A DNA stretch of 61,014 nucleotides, counting the filler, from Sphacelaria rigidula (Eukaryota): the NCBI GenBank assembly GCA_964200075.2. It is 6 parts of 6 records of this genome, joined end to end, with 100 filler letters (N's around TTAATTAATTAA, not from the genome) between each part and the next. Parts side by side here need not be neighbours in the genome. Positions count along the whole stretch, not along the records: positions 40,745 to 50,829 come from CAXNAA020007179.1; positions 50,930 to 61,014 come from CAXNAA020007180.1; 4 more parts are not named here. One strand, written 5' to 3'. The translations under genes were made by a program, and so were the position numbers. The notes under the pieces are model-generated. The model ran no database searches. It saw only the letters and a list, made by a program, of their open reading frames with translations, and was not told the DNA's origin. How positions within the stretch are numbered: the first letter of the stretch is position 1; each line of letters starts with the position of its first letter. Shown here in pieces: positions 47,886 through 59,681 of this stretch.

Positions 47886-48331
47886 ATTATCAGTAAATCC
47901 GGCGCCGCTAGGGTCGACAACTGCGCCGCCAGCTTCTCAGCAAGGTTCTGTTGATTGCTGTACCGTGAAAGTTGCTAGAGCTGGCTGCGCAAGAGAGGGG
48001 GCCCTTGACTGTAATGGACGACTGTTCAGTTCCGTCCGGTAAAATATTGTGTTGCTCGCTTCTCCCGTGCGCAGCTATTGCTGGCACACATGAGCCCTGT
48101 GCAAGGTGATGAAATATCAACTCTACGATGCCGCACTAGGGAACTACGCACTGGAGCACGCCCTGCTCCGCTCCGACGGGTACAGTTATAGATTTCCTTG
48201 TGCACTACAAAAAAATATTCTGAAATTGTCAGGATCTGCGAACGAAGGTTGGAACATGACTCAACCTTGGGCTACCAATCGGGCCTCCGCCCGGTGCATA
48301 GGGCAATCGGAGCAGGAAAGGCAAGCCGAAG

Positions 48332-48850
48332 ATGAGCCTAAGCGGTGGCTATGACACAATCAAGTGCCCAGATTGCAGCAGCAATCCCGATGTGTACCAG
48401 GATGTCATCACAGGTAAGCACTGTTCTCCTTGATATTCTAGAATTCTTGTATATAATTGGAGCTGTTACGCGCAAAACCACCCAACACCCAGAGGCGAGA
48501 GTCTGTACAGCACTGCGCTGCCATGCCCATGCCTCCCTTGTCCAAATCATCGCTCATTGCAAACAGGCACATCCATTGCAAACAATCGCTATGAAATTTA
48601 ACGCTATGCTAGTCAGCTTCTCAAGCTCCTCCGTCCTGTGTGCGTATCCTGTTCGTCCATCGGTTTGTTTGTTTGTCTCTTCTGCGGTTAATGACCGCAA
48701 AACACGAAACAGACGCGGCCGCTGGAGAGGTGATCTGCAGGAATTGCGGCGTCGTGCTCGGCGAGAGGTTGATAGACGATGGCGCGGAGTGGCGCACATT
48801 CAACAACGATGACACGCTCTACGGCAGCAGATCTGACCCTAATAGATGTG
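48332..48850 (+). CDS. TFIIB: Transcription initiation factor IIB, N-terminal exons 48332-48413 and 48713-48850, 3'-partial
   Basis: Spliced product MSLSGGYDTIKCPDCSSNPDVYQDVIT|DAAAGEVICRNCGVVLGERLIDDGAEWRTFNNDD...DPNRC matches the TFIIB zinc ribbon (CPDC...C-NCG) plus the B-reader EWRTF motif. The intron is GT-AG, phase 1. Downstream cyclin-fold exons were not identified. Confidence 0.92.
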
Positions 48851-50550
48851 GTGAGATTTTAATATTTCGTTGTACCTACTTGGTTTGATCCCGTGTTGGT
48901 TATTGTACCGCAGTGTGCACAATGCAGTACTCTACTGTTGTATGTACCGTACGGCGGTTGTATTGTTTTTGTTGCCTTTGCAACAACAGTCAGTAGTAGT
49001 ACCATACATTGTACAGCGCTTGCAGTCATGAGTGCTGCCCACGGTTGTTGATATGGTAAGTTGATCTACGTTGTTTCAGTGCTAAAGTCAATCTGTTCCG
49101 AAGAACGATCCGAAAACTGCACACTCGCGTTGATATTCGGTCACTACTACCACGAGAAGTGACTTTTGCTTTTTACGACATCGCGAACATCGTGGCTGTC
49201 GACGCCAGTACTGCACGGCGCTGCGGTCGTCAGATGCATTCATTTCAGCAACGCCGTCCCCTGCCTTCGGATGCCGCGATCAACGCGCTGCAGTCGTCAA
49301 CCCTGTCCCCACTAGCTGTTCAGCATATGGTGGACCTGGGTTGCAGTGGGCGATGATGGTATTCTGCGAGATGCTGTCTGTGGTACTGTCTGTAGTTTTT
49401 AGTGTCGCCGTGTCTGTCCTGCAGAACTCGAAGCACAGCACTGTTGTTCATATTCCACTCGGGGTGCGGAGTAACGGTTGTCAATGTTCAATGTTTTATT
49501 TCTCAGGTAAAACAACCCGTCCAGGTATCCCACTACGGTACAGTTGGAGCTCAATTGCGAGTACAGAGTCACCTCAGCATATTCCACACGATCCTCAATT
49601 TTCCACGTGCGTGTTTCGTTGGATATTTTTTTTGCAACCCAGGGTGTTTACGCGGGTATTACTACCCGTACCCGACAATTGTGTGAGTTCCGTATGCCTG
49701 TGATACCGGTACCCGACAGTTCCGTACGACCTGTACCAAATGTTCGCCGTTTACCCGGAGCATGGGTATACCCTTGTAAAAAATAGCTGGCTGCGGGTAA
49801 GGTTGTCTGTACAAGCTCAATTTCCAACATGTTGTATAAGTGTAAGTTCTATAGACTTTCACACCAGTACTCGATACTTCTGTAACATGTATATAGGAAA
49901 TATCATTCCCTAAATTACCGAAAGTACGCATACACTGCAGAACACAACCGAGGATATTTTTCCCCCTTTAACCGTCCTCAGGAGAATCCTAGAGGCGGTG
50001 GATGGACCAAAAGCAGATCCAAGCCCAACTACGCGCGAACACTATGTATCCAATCATGGTTTTGAAATATTTCAAGTGTAAGTTGTTCTGTACGGTACAA
50101 TTTGTTGTGTAGCCGGGGTATTTTTACCGGGTATTACCCATACTCGACATATTCTGTCAGTTCTGTACGATATGTACGCAATGTTGACCATTGCTAGAGG
50201 TGGGCACCGGAAACTAGAAAACAAGCGTTACAGGATTGAAGGCGTTTTTCTCGGAATAAAAAACGGTTAAATCGTTTTTTTAGACTGTATAAGCTGATGA
50301 GCAAGGGAAAACGCCTCCAAATCATTTGAGCGCAGGTAAATTTGACGTTATTGTCGCGTGTTTCGTGTGTGGTGAGTGATTGATACGCTCAAACACACCC
50401 GTTGCCGGTGATGGCAAGGTGAAATCTCACACCTGTGCGCACGTAATGTATCGAACGTACAGCACATGGGCTGGTGAATCTTTTCATTGGAAAAGTGTAC
50501 CGCCTCAGTGTCCAAAAACAACGAAACGGTGGACAAGAAAAACCCACACC

Positions 50551-50554
50551 TTAC

Positions 50555-50607
<53 letters not shown>

Positions 50608-50829
50608 CTCACGCTTCGAACCCCTCCCCTTCCTCTTGACGAGTCCGTGCTCTCAAGGGATCAACCCCTCTCTCCCCCGGTACGTGGCTTTCATTTTGGT
50701 CTCGCGGATTGGATCAGCACTCCCGCACCGCGTCATCTCACGTCACACAAACCCAGTCGACTGCTTTGTTCGCTCACGTTCTCACGCTTTCCACGGTGGA
50801 AATCATGCATTACGAAGAAAAAACCCAAC
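50551..50829 (-). mobile_element. SINE body with an (AAT)n tail, truncated at the scaffold end
   Basis: Homologous to 36580-36800 and preceded by (TTA)n. Confidence 0.7.
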
Positions 50830-50929
50830 NNNNNNNNNNNNNNNNNNNNNNNNNNNNNNNNNNNNNNNNNNNNTTAATTAATTAANNNNNNNNNNNNNNN
50901 NNNNNNNNNNNNNNNNNNNNNNNNNNNNN
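50830..50929. other. Artificial scaffold linker
   Basis: N44-TTAATTAATTAA-N44. Confidence 0.98.
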
Positions 50930-53056
50930 AGGCCGAAGAAATCGTGGATTTGGTGATTCTTAGTCGTGGTGATTCGTCCTAACCGTGCAGTATTTTACAG
51001 CTTGTCTGATATTCGGACAGCGAATCACAAGCTATTTGTGCGTTCAGCTGCGGCTCTGCTCGACACACTTGGGGGCGATTTTCAGCGCCATCAGTGCAAA
51101 GATGACACCTTCGACTCCCTTGGGCAACATGACACCCCTGGGGTACTGGCGTGAACAGGAGTAGTTTGATGAGGTGTGAATCGTTGCCGTTGTGGAGTTA
51201 TGCTATCATAAAACAAATAAAGAGGTCATCCTGCTGTCTGGGCACACACTAACCGAAAACAACGACGATTTGAGACGCTCGTCAAAGTTGGTGGGATTAC
51301 TTGCCTCGCATCTAGCTAGCTCCTACAGGTAGCCGGAAACGCGTCATGGCGACTACTGTGGTGCATCGAGGGGGTTTTGGCAAAGATACCCCTTTCTTTC
51401 GATCTGTCGAAGAAGCTGTAAGAGATTGACAAGACAATTTTCGGTGAGCATCATGATCACAAGGGCAGTGCGTGTACTGCCGCAACGAACGGTACCGTAC
51501 ACTAGTTACAACACGTTTGAAAAGCAGCAATGGGTCTCCGCAGGAGAAAGACAGCTGCACCGTCTGCCGTAATGTTGGCGTCGACGCGGATTGCTGTAGC
51601 TCCCGCATTCGGTGCTAGATTCCCGTCGAAACCAAGCCTTGTGCACATGTAGCTTAGCAATGACTAGGCTCAGCGCTATTTGCATTTACGCTGAAACTCT
51701 CTCGCGTGTCGATCTGCTGCTCATGGACAGCGTAGGATCACAGCTACTGCGGATTTATTACGTCCACCCCGCGAAAAAAACGCCCAGCTTTTGAGATGCC
51801 ATCCATTCCATCGTAAACAAAAACAGTCTCCTCCTTCCCTCTCACCCATGATTCAGTGCATAGCCGAAATCCTGACAGTTTTCTGTTCAATTTTTAGCTG
51901 CTACAAGTGACTGTTTTCAGCAACGCTGATAGCTTCCATCACAGAGTGGTGGTGGCTGGTGGCTACCGAGCTGCTCACCTCCGACACACTCTTTTCTGTC
52001 GCGCAGCCAGTACTGCTTTTTCTCACAGCCTCGTCTCTCGCCACTGCAGCACAAGTCCATTGCTCAATAACAGATGCCCACTACGCCTACAACGGGCAGA
52101 AATGTTTGAGTGGCCGTATGTTTTTCACCGTAAACGAATCACCCAGAGGCAGGGGTAGACATCAAAAGGTGAAGATAACACCTACGCTCTGGGGTGGTCG
52201 AAATGGAACACAAACCAGGGGCTTGAGCTTTTGGCCACATGGGAGAATATATATATATATATATTCTCTTTCTTTACTTGGCTTAAGATAACCCACAGGT
52301 ACATGGGGTGTGGAAAACATATTTTTTCGTGCACCCTCGCCGGTGGTGATGTTTATATTTCACGTATGTCTTGTTTTCGTGAGAAGTCGCCTTGGAGTGT
52401 TCGTGTTTCTCAGGAATATAATCAAATTATTCATGCATGCACGGACCCAAATATATGTGACCTAGTCCTCCAATTGCGGAGGGGTCATTCTACGTTTGTA
52501 CTGGGAGCAGTCTTCATGCCAGCGGGCTCGGCCTGTTATCGAAAACTACGGAATCAGCTTGTTGAATCACAGTTCCTCAGTTAGGGGATTCCCGCACATT
52601 CAGGGCAGGACTAGCGTTGTTGCACATGGAATAGTGGTGTTGGCTATGGTCAAACCACTGTCGTGAACACCCTATTATAGTGAGTGTGGCTTTACGCAGT
52701 GGTGGTGAAAATGGTCTACATATTGTTTTTGGAAATTTATGATGTTGAATCAATACTAACCTGTACCCGAACCCGAACCTCTCCCAATGCATTCGATAAC
52801 CCTCGGGCAAGGGGGTTGCAAAAGTTGCTCCGGGCGAGGTGTGCGTTGGCAGGCTTCAAGTCAACACCTGCAGCGCCGATTTGAACAAAACAAGTTCTGG
52901 GCGAGCTAGGAGCACTTGGGACAGTCAGTCCCTCTACGGATCCGAATATCAGTGTTTACTCTAAAATCAAGTAATCGACCACTCTTACGATCAGCGAAAA
53001 AGCTCTACTGATCAAAGTAACAGATCTACAATCAGCTTCACAAGACAATGCACCAT

Positions 53057-53380
53057 GTCGGACAGATCAGCCCCCTGTACCTTGAGCTAAGCTGTTTTTG
53101 AGCGTAGCTCCCTACTGGGCAATGAGAGCTACACGAGCTACGCATGTTTCCCGTGGGCGAGCAATGAGAGCGACATCAGCTACGCATGTTTCCCCTGGGT
53201 GAGCTACTAGTCGTAGTTGATAACGGCATGTTCGCTCTGGGTGGGCTATCGGACGTACGTAGCTCATTCGCCCAGGTTGGCCCTGGGTGAGGTACCTAAC
53301 GTAGGTCATCGGCACATATTTTCCCGGGGGGAGCTACACACGTGTGAGAGCTACCCATGATTCACCACGACTGTTCCGAC
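53057..53380. mobile_element. Second copy of the GTCGGACAG / 42-bp-repeat element
   Basis: Starts GTCGGACAGATCAGC and ends CTGTTCCGAC, with the same AGCT-rich repeat unit. Confidence 0.75.
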
Positions 53381-54302
53381 GCTTATGCGAATTAAAATGT
53401 GAGAACGTTCAAATATCCATGTCCTGTGTTATTCGCCGGTGGATGTTTTTGGAACATCTATAGCACGAGTGAAACACAGGCGAACAATGGCCTCTGGCCA
53501 GCGGTTGTGGGGCCACCATCACTCATCATCTCCTTTGCACCGCTCATGCACCCGCGATGCCAGTATATTTATCGTCCGCTGCCCGCAGTACTACTGTTTG
53601 TAGACAGTACAGACAGTACCGTACTGCCTGTACTGCACGTTTCTCGAAATGTCTTCGGTACAGCCGATCTACTAATGTGCGCAAACTCGAATCCCCTGCT
53701 GACTGTATGCAGGGTAGAGCTTGGAAATGGTTTGTCTCACCATTTAACTGGTTAATTGTTACGAGTAGCGCAAGCATTAACAAGTAAAATGGAACATGAT
53801 CGTTTGGTCATCGAGCGGTCGCGAGCGAAAAAGCCCCTCCCGCCGGAGGCACGTTTTTTTGCGATTCGGGTTCACTGGAGCTAAAACAAATGGTACATTT
53901 GGGCCAATTATCAAGGGCAAGAACATAGCGCACTTGGCTTGGAATTTCGATGACGAAAAAAATAGCCGATTTTAAATTTTGATAAAAACAAACAAACTGA
54001 AGTACAAACCCAGGACTGCTACTGCATGTTGTGTACTGTCTGTTGTAGCTGTGTGCTGTTGTAGCATACGTTGCCGATAGCGGTAAATAAAGGATTTAAA
54101 CCGTTATCCAAAATTTTAATCTGACCATTACCATTTCCGAGCTCCAATGCAGGGAGTATAGACGGTACTGTACTGTACTGTTTGCATTGCATGTTTCAAA
54201 TATTTTAGTACAGTAAATGGTTGCACGTTCCCCGCGAGACTGCCGGCCTAGTTTTGTACCGAAACGAGGACCAGCGCTTGAAGCGTCAACACTGTTGTAA
54301 AA

Positions 54303-54702
54303 GTCGGACAGATCAGCTCTCGGTAGCTCGAGCTAGTTCTTTTTGGGCGCAGCTCCCCAATGACTTGTGAAAGCTCCATGAGCTGCGCATGTTTGCCCTG
54401 GATAAGCTATGAGAGCTACATGAGCCACGCATGTTTGCTCTCGATGAGCTACGGGACACAGCTCACCAGTGCATATTCGCCGTGGGTGAGCTATGAGAGC
54501 TACGTGGGCCACGCGTGTTTGGTGAGTGTGAGCTGTGAGAGCTACATGACCTGCGCATGTTTGTTCTGAGTGAGCTACGACGACTTCGTAGCTCACTCGC
54601 GTATGTTCAGCCCAGGTGAGCTATCGGACGTGGCTAATTTGCACATGTTTGACTACAAGTGAGCTACAACCCACAGATCAGCTAGCTCACGAGCTGTCCG
54701 AC
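54303..54702. mobile_element. MITE-like element with GTCGGACAG...CTGTCCGAC termini and internal 42-bp tandem repeats
   Basis: Inverted termini. GCATGTTTG-like units recur at 54387, 54429, 54471, 54513 and 54555, an exact 42-bp period. Confidence 0.8.
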
Positions 54703-55711
54703 TTGTGAAACGATGCCTCGCGCCCCCGTCCCCCCACCCAGCTCCATCAAGTTTCGAACCGGACGACGAGGTGACGTGAACTGCTGGCACAACGCCCAAA
54801 CCTGGGGATGAACGTTTGTAGTGAAATGTGAAATTCAACTAATGAGAACCCTTCAGTGAGGAATCGGCGGAATCGAGCACCAATGAAATGCGACCTTCGT
54901 AGGGAGATTATGTAGTGAAAACTGCTTGTGATTGGCTCGCAGGCTCGAGTCACACCTGCTGTAGTGTACGCCGAGATGGATAGAACATCGGCAGAGAAAC
55001 GGAGCTTCAAGCAGAAAAGCAGACAGCGAGTGGTACATTGCCGCCGCAGTGGGCCATTGCGATTATCGTGTATCAATCTATCCCCATCTTAGTATGGCTG
55101 GTTGTGTCTTGCCGTGGCCGCGAGCGCTGGCGCCGATGCCAACGGCAGCAGCCGTCATACTGACGGGTGCAAGCAGTAACTTGGCGGTGCAGTATATCCG
55201 CACTGTGCTGTGCGTTGCTCCTTTCATTGGAGCATGGGGTCTGGCCCAGCCGGTCGAGCGGTGTATACTGGTGCTGGTTGTGTGCCTTTACCCAGCCGTG
55301 TTCGGTATCGCGTAAGTGATGGGTTCGTGTATCATGATTTTTTCAACAGTCAAGTGTGTAGACAGCACTGCGTTCCGACTGATACCATATGTTGCAGAGA
55401 GACGAACACAATAATACAGCACACCAAACAATCTCAACGGAGACCATACCGTCTTCGCAAGGTCTAAACACACCACAGAACAGTGATAGCTATAGTACAT
55501 GAAAGCTGAAGTGGGTGTGTTTGTGCTGCAGTACAGTGAGACAGGACATGTCCCATGTTTTGGTTCTTCGGCTAATTTTAAACTGGCCCGAAGTGTTTGC
55601 AGGGTGCCGATCTTGAACGCTCGGACGTAATCGCCCTTCGCGCAAATAATTTAATTTACTACAAAAATGATCCCCATGTACAGTATGGGTCCTGGCCGAA
55701 CTATGCCATAC

Positions 55712-56360
55712 CTCGAACCCGTACAGCCCGCAGTAGTCATCAAGGCAGCCCGAGTCGCCCTCCGCGTTCTGCTGCACCACGCCCACCGAAATGCGGTCGG
55801 GGAATTTGGCCTTGTGAAACAAGTTGAATAGGGTTTGTCCGCATCTGCTGTCGCGGAAAGATGCAATACCCACCCACAGGGTGGTATTCGGCTGTGCCCA
55901 TGAATCCGTCTTCGGTCCATACTGCGGTATATCGTCGTATAGCAGGCGTGCGTGATTAAAGCGCGAATGGGAGATAGCCGTTAGACTCTTGAACCACGCG
56001 ATATCACATTCCCCAGGACGAGGGCTCAGGTAATATAAGCTGTGGAACATCAGTTTATCATGTTTATACAGTACGGGGAAGTTGAACCCAGTGTGCAAGA
56101 CTGCGGGACACAACAGTACAGGTAGTAAGCAGAGAGTACAGCAGTGTACAGCGCGGCAGTATAGTGCAGCTCAATAGCGCTGGCCCTCCTCTCTCTTGCT
56201 TTCTCTCTCTCGGTATACTCACTGGTTGCCGGGCCGATTTGTGCCGGGTGATATCATACCAGCCTGGTCCCGTGAGTTGCGCCCGCGGTCTTTCATTTCC
56301 CTCATGCAACTGCCCGATCGTGATCAGATCCTCGCCCCGATTGCCTCCCTCTTCGCCCAT
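55712..56360 (-). CDS. GT60 / Gnt1-like [Skp1]-hydroxyproline GlcNAc-transferase family fragment. Exon 55921-55712 is well supported; the upstream exon 56360-56223 is tentative.
   Basis: TLWVGIASFRDSRCGQTLFNLFHKAKFPDRISVGVVQQNAEGDSGCLDDYC matches the N-terminal GT60 motif (IFV-IASYRD--C--T---L---A--P-R--VGV--Q). There is a GT donor after GFE. Downstream exons were not found. Confidence 0.75.
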
Positions 56361-56940
56361 CTTGTGTCTCTACCTTCCCGAAACGAATCGACTGTTTTAT
56401 GTGGGCAGATGCGGACTCAGCAAGAGCCACGGGCACGCAGCTCAGAATACAACCCTTCGCCAGCTTCTCTGAAGCGGAAGACACCCGACCCTGGCCCTGC
56501 TGCTATGCCCCGCGCCAACCGTGAACTACGAACACAGAGTATGATCTTCAATCCGTGCTGTCTCGAGATCAACTGATGGACATATATCAGATGTCGATAT
56601 CTCCACCACAGCAAAACACTCGTACAATCCACGCTTCTCCGGTCAACAGCAGCTGCTGAATCCCACAGGCAAAGCACTCCCACGAACCAGCACACCCGCG
56701 AACCTTCTGCGAACCTTTACGGTATGGTACGGTGCAGCACATCGGAATCAGAACAAACATTTCTATCATCTCAACATAGATCATAATTCACAGCTCCCCT
56801 ATCCCCAGGGGTTTCATGCGTGGCATGTTTTTGACCGCAGAGGCTTGAACGCTCCGTCCAAAACACGACCCCACCGATCTCACTCTCCGCTTTTATCAGT
56901 CTCTGCTAAGAAGCTCTCGCTAAAGTTACATCTAAGCACA

Positions 56941-59681
56941 ATGGCTGACGAGGACGTGCAAGCTTTGGTGGTGGACAACGGGTCCGGTATGTGTAAGGCG
57001 GGGTTCGCTGGTGACGATGCGCCGCGTGCTGTGTTCCCCTCCATCGTGGGCCGCCCGAAACACCCAGGAATCATGGTGAGCATTGAGTGGGCAGTCGCCC
57101 AACGCACATTTGTTCTTTCGGAACTTGTGTGTACGTTCGAGTATGTGTTCCATTTCCTGGCGAACAGAAAGCATGGACCCAGACTTCGAAACGTCGGCGT
57201 GGCGTAGGCCACGCCTAGCTTTTTGTACCTGTGCCGGTGGGTGGTGTGCCGACTCGCTTCACATCTCTCTGTAGTTGGTGCTCTCGCATCCGTTCGCGCG
57301 CAGCGATCGGCACCTCGTGTACGGGGTCCTGTTATATTTACCACGTTTAGAAATATTCTTTTTGGCGCCTGTGTTCGATTACATGTGGGGACCGGAGTGC
57401 GCCACAACACCCATGCCGCCCATGCCGCAGTATGGAGCGAACATGAGTCTCTCCGTAGCGCAGCACACCTTGGCGCAGCACACCCTTTTCCACACGCAGG
57501 CATTGATGGGCCATCGTCGCTCCACTCTCGATACACCGAGTGCGATATCTCAAGTCTCCCGATCAGCTTCGAGGCAGTAGTTTTTTACGCGAGGCTCCTC
57601 CAGAAATCTGGAGAACGGAACCTGTAGCTGGACCGGTTTCCGAATCAAACAGAACGCATACCCCGTGCACCGAAAACCGACCGCACACTACGTAGCACGT
57701 CAGTACGTGACTTCCGGTACCAGTGGTGATACTCGTCCGCGTCTGTGCCTCGACAGCACTCGAGTTTGTATTGACTGCCATGAATCGAACTGTTCGCCAC
57801 GTCGGCCCTTGTAAATCCATTGCTTGCTGCTCTTGACCCCTGGTGTAGGCTAGTACGGCAAAAAAACCCCGCCATATTTTCTCGCAAGGAAGAGCTTTAT
57901 TGAAGCCTCGTCAACTACTGCACCATTCGCCTGTGTGCACGGCTTTGTCTGACGATCGCTTTTTTCTCCCGAGGATATGTCCGAAAAATGAAACACTCCT
58001 TGTCGGAGCTGACGATCGGATACAGGGGGCGGATTGAAGTACCAACAATCACGAACAGTATCCGTCCTTGCAGGTAAACCGGAACAAATGCTGATCCGAA
58101 CCATGACTGGTTCACGTACACCGCCGTCCCGCATATTTATATCACATCCACGGTGTCCTCACCCAGCCGTATCGATTTCGTATGCGATGATTTTTTCTCA
58201 CGATGCAGGTGGGCATGGACCAGAAGGATGCCTACGTAGGTGACGAAGCTCAGTCCAAGCGAGGCGTGCTCACCCTGAAGTACCCCATCGAACACGGAAT
58301 CGTGACCAACTGGGACGACATGGAGAAGATCTGGCACCACACCTTTTACAACGAACTCCGCGTGGCTCCCGAGGAACACCCCGTGCTGCTGACCGAGGCC
58401 CCCCTCAACCCCAAGGCGAACAAGGAGCGCATGACCCAAATCATGTTCGAAACCTTCAACGTGCCGGCCATGTACGTCAACATTCAGGCCGTGCTCTCTC
58501 TGTACGCTTCCGGGCGTACAACCGGTTGTGTCCTTGACTCCGGGGACGGGGTGTCCCACACCGTGCCCATCTACGAAGGCTACGCGCTGCCGCACGCGAT
58601 CAACCGTCTCGACCTCGCGGGTCGCGACCTCACCGACAACTTGATGAAGGTGCTTACGGAGCGTGGTTACTCCTTCACCACGACCGCCGAGCGCGAAATC
58701 GTGCGCGACATCAAGGAGAAGCTAACCTACGTCGCGCTCGACTTCGACCAAGAAATGAAGACTGCTGCCGAATCTTCCCAGCTGGAGAAATCGTACGAAC
58801 TTCCCGACGGGAATGTCATCGTCATCGGGAACGAGCGCTTCCGATGTCCCGAGGTGAGGGTTCTATTCTGCAGAGCCGCTGAAAATAGGCTTGACAGTAA
58901 CTGTTCCCATCGAACGCCACAGTTGACTATGTGAGGAGGCAGCCAAGGAAGGGTAGGAACATACTACCGTCTCGGAAATAGTTCGCTATGCTGTACTGTG
59001 TACGACCAAATATGCATGTGAAATTTGTCTGCCGCGTCCAGGGGCAGCGCCTGAACCTCAACCCCCAACTCATAACCGTATGAATTTTTCCCACAACAGG
59101 GCGCCAGTTTTCAAGAACTGTGGGATGACATTCACCCTCACATGCGTATCATTTTTTACCTGACGATGGTTGAACACCCAGACGTTCTTCGAAACGGTAG
59201 AGTACCGACGGCAACGCAAACCCCGGGTGTATCACGTGACTTGGGGTTAGAGACTTGAGGCTGTGATCACCCCTACATGGTACTGATATTTCACCGTCAA
59301 CACATGGCCCGATCACTGTCGTCTGAATAGGTGCTGTTCCAGCCGTCGTTCATCGGAATGGAGTCGTCTGGCATCCATGACTGCACCTTCAAGACGATCA
59401 TGAAGTGTGATGTCGACATCCGTAAGGACCTGTACGGCAACATCGTGCTCTCTGGTGGAACCACCATGTTCCCCGGTATCGGCGAGCGGATGACGAAGGA
59501 GCTGACTGCACTAGCCCCATCAACGATGAAGATTAAGGTAGTCGCGCCGCCCGAGAGGAAATACTCGGTGTGGATTGGTGGTTCCATTTTGGCATCCTTG
59601 TCCACATTCCAGCAGATGTGGATCTCGAAGGCTGAGTACGATGAGTCCGGTCCGTCAATTGTTCACCGCAAGTGCTTCTAA
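56941..59681 (+). CDS. ACT: Actin, complete, 3 exons (56941-57075, 58209-58853, 59331-59681), 376 aa
   Basis: Translation runs [64 protein letters not shown]...[13 protein letters not shown]...IVHRKCF*. Both introns are GT-AG and phase 0. The N-terminus is stramenopile-type. Confidence 0.99.

Noticed and set aside
55490..55711. C-terminal continuation of the 207-aa GT60 ORF
   Set aside because: It lies past a GT donor and matches the dispersed repeat also seen at ~9000-9150.
56880..59605. Minus-strand ORFs overlapping actin
   Set aside because: They are antisense to actin exons or intron and carry no recognisable motifs.
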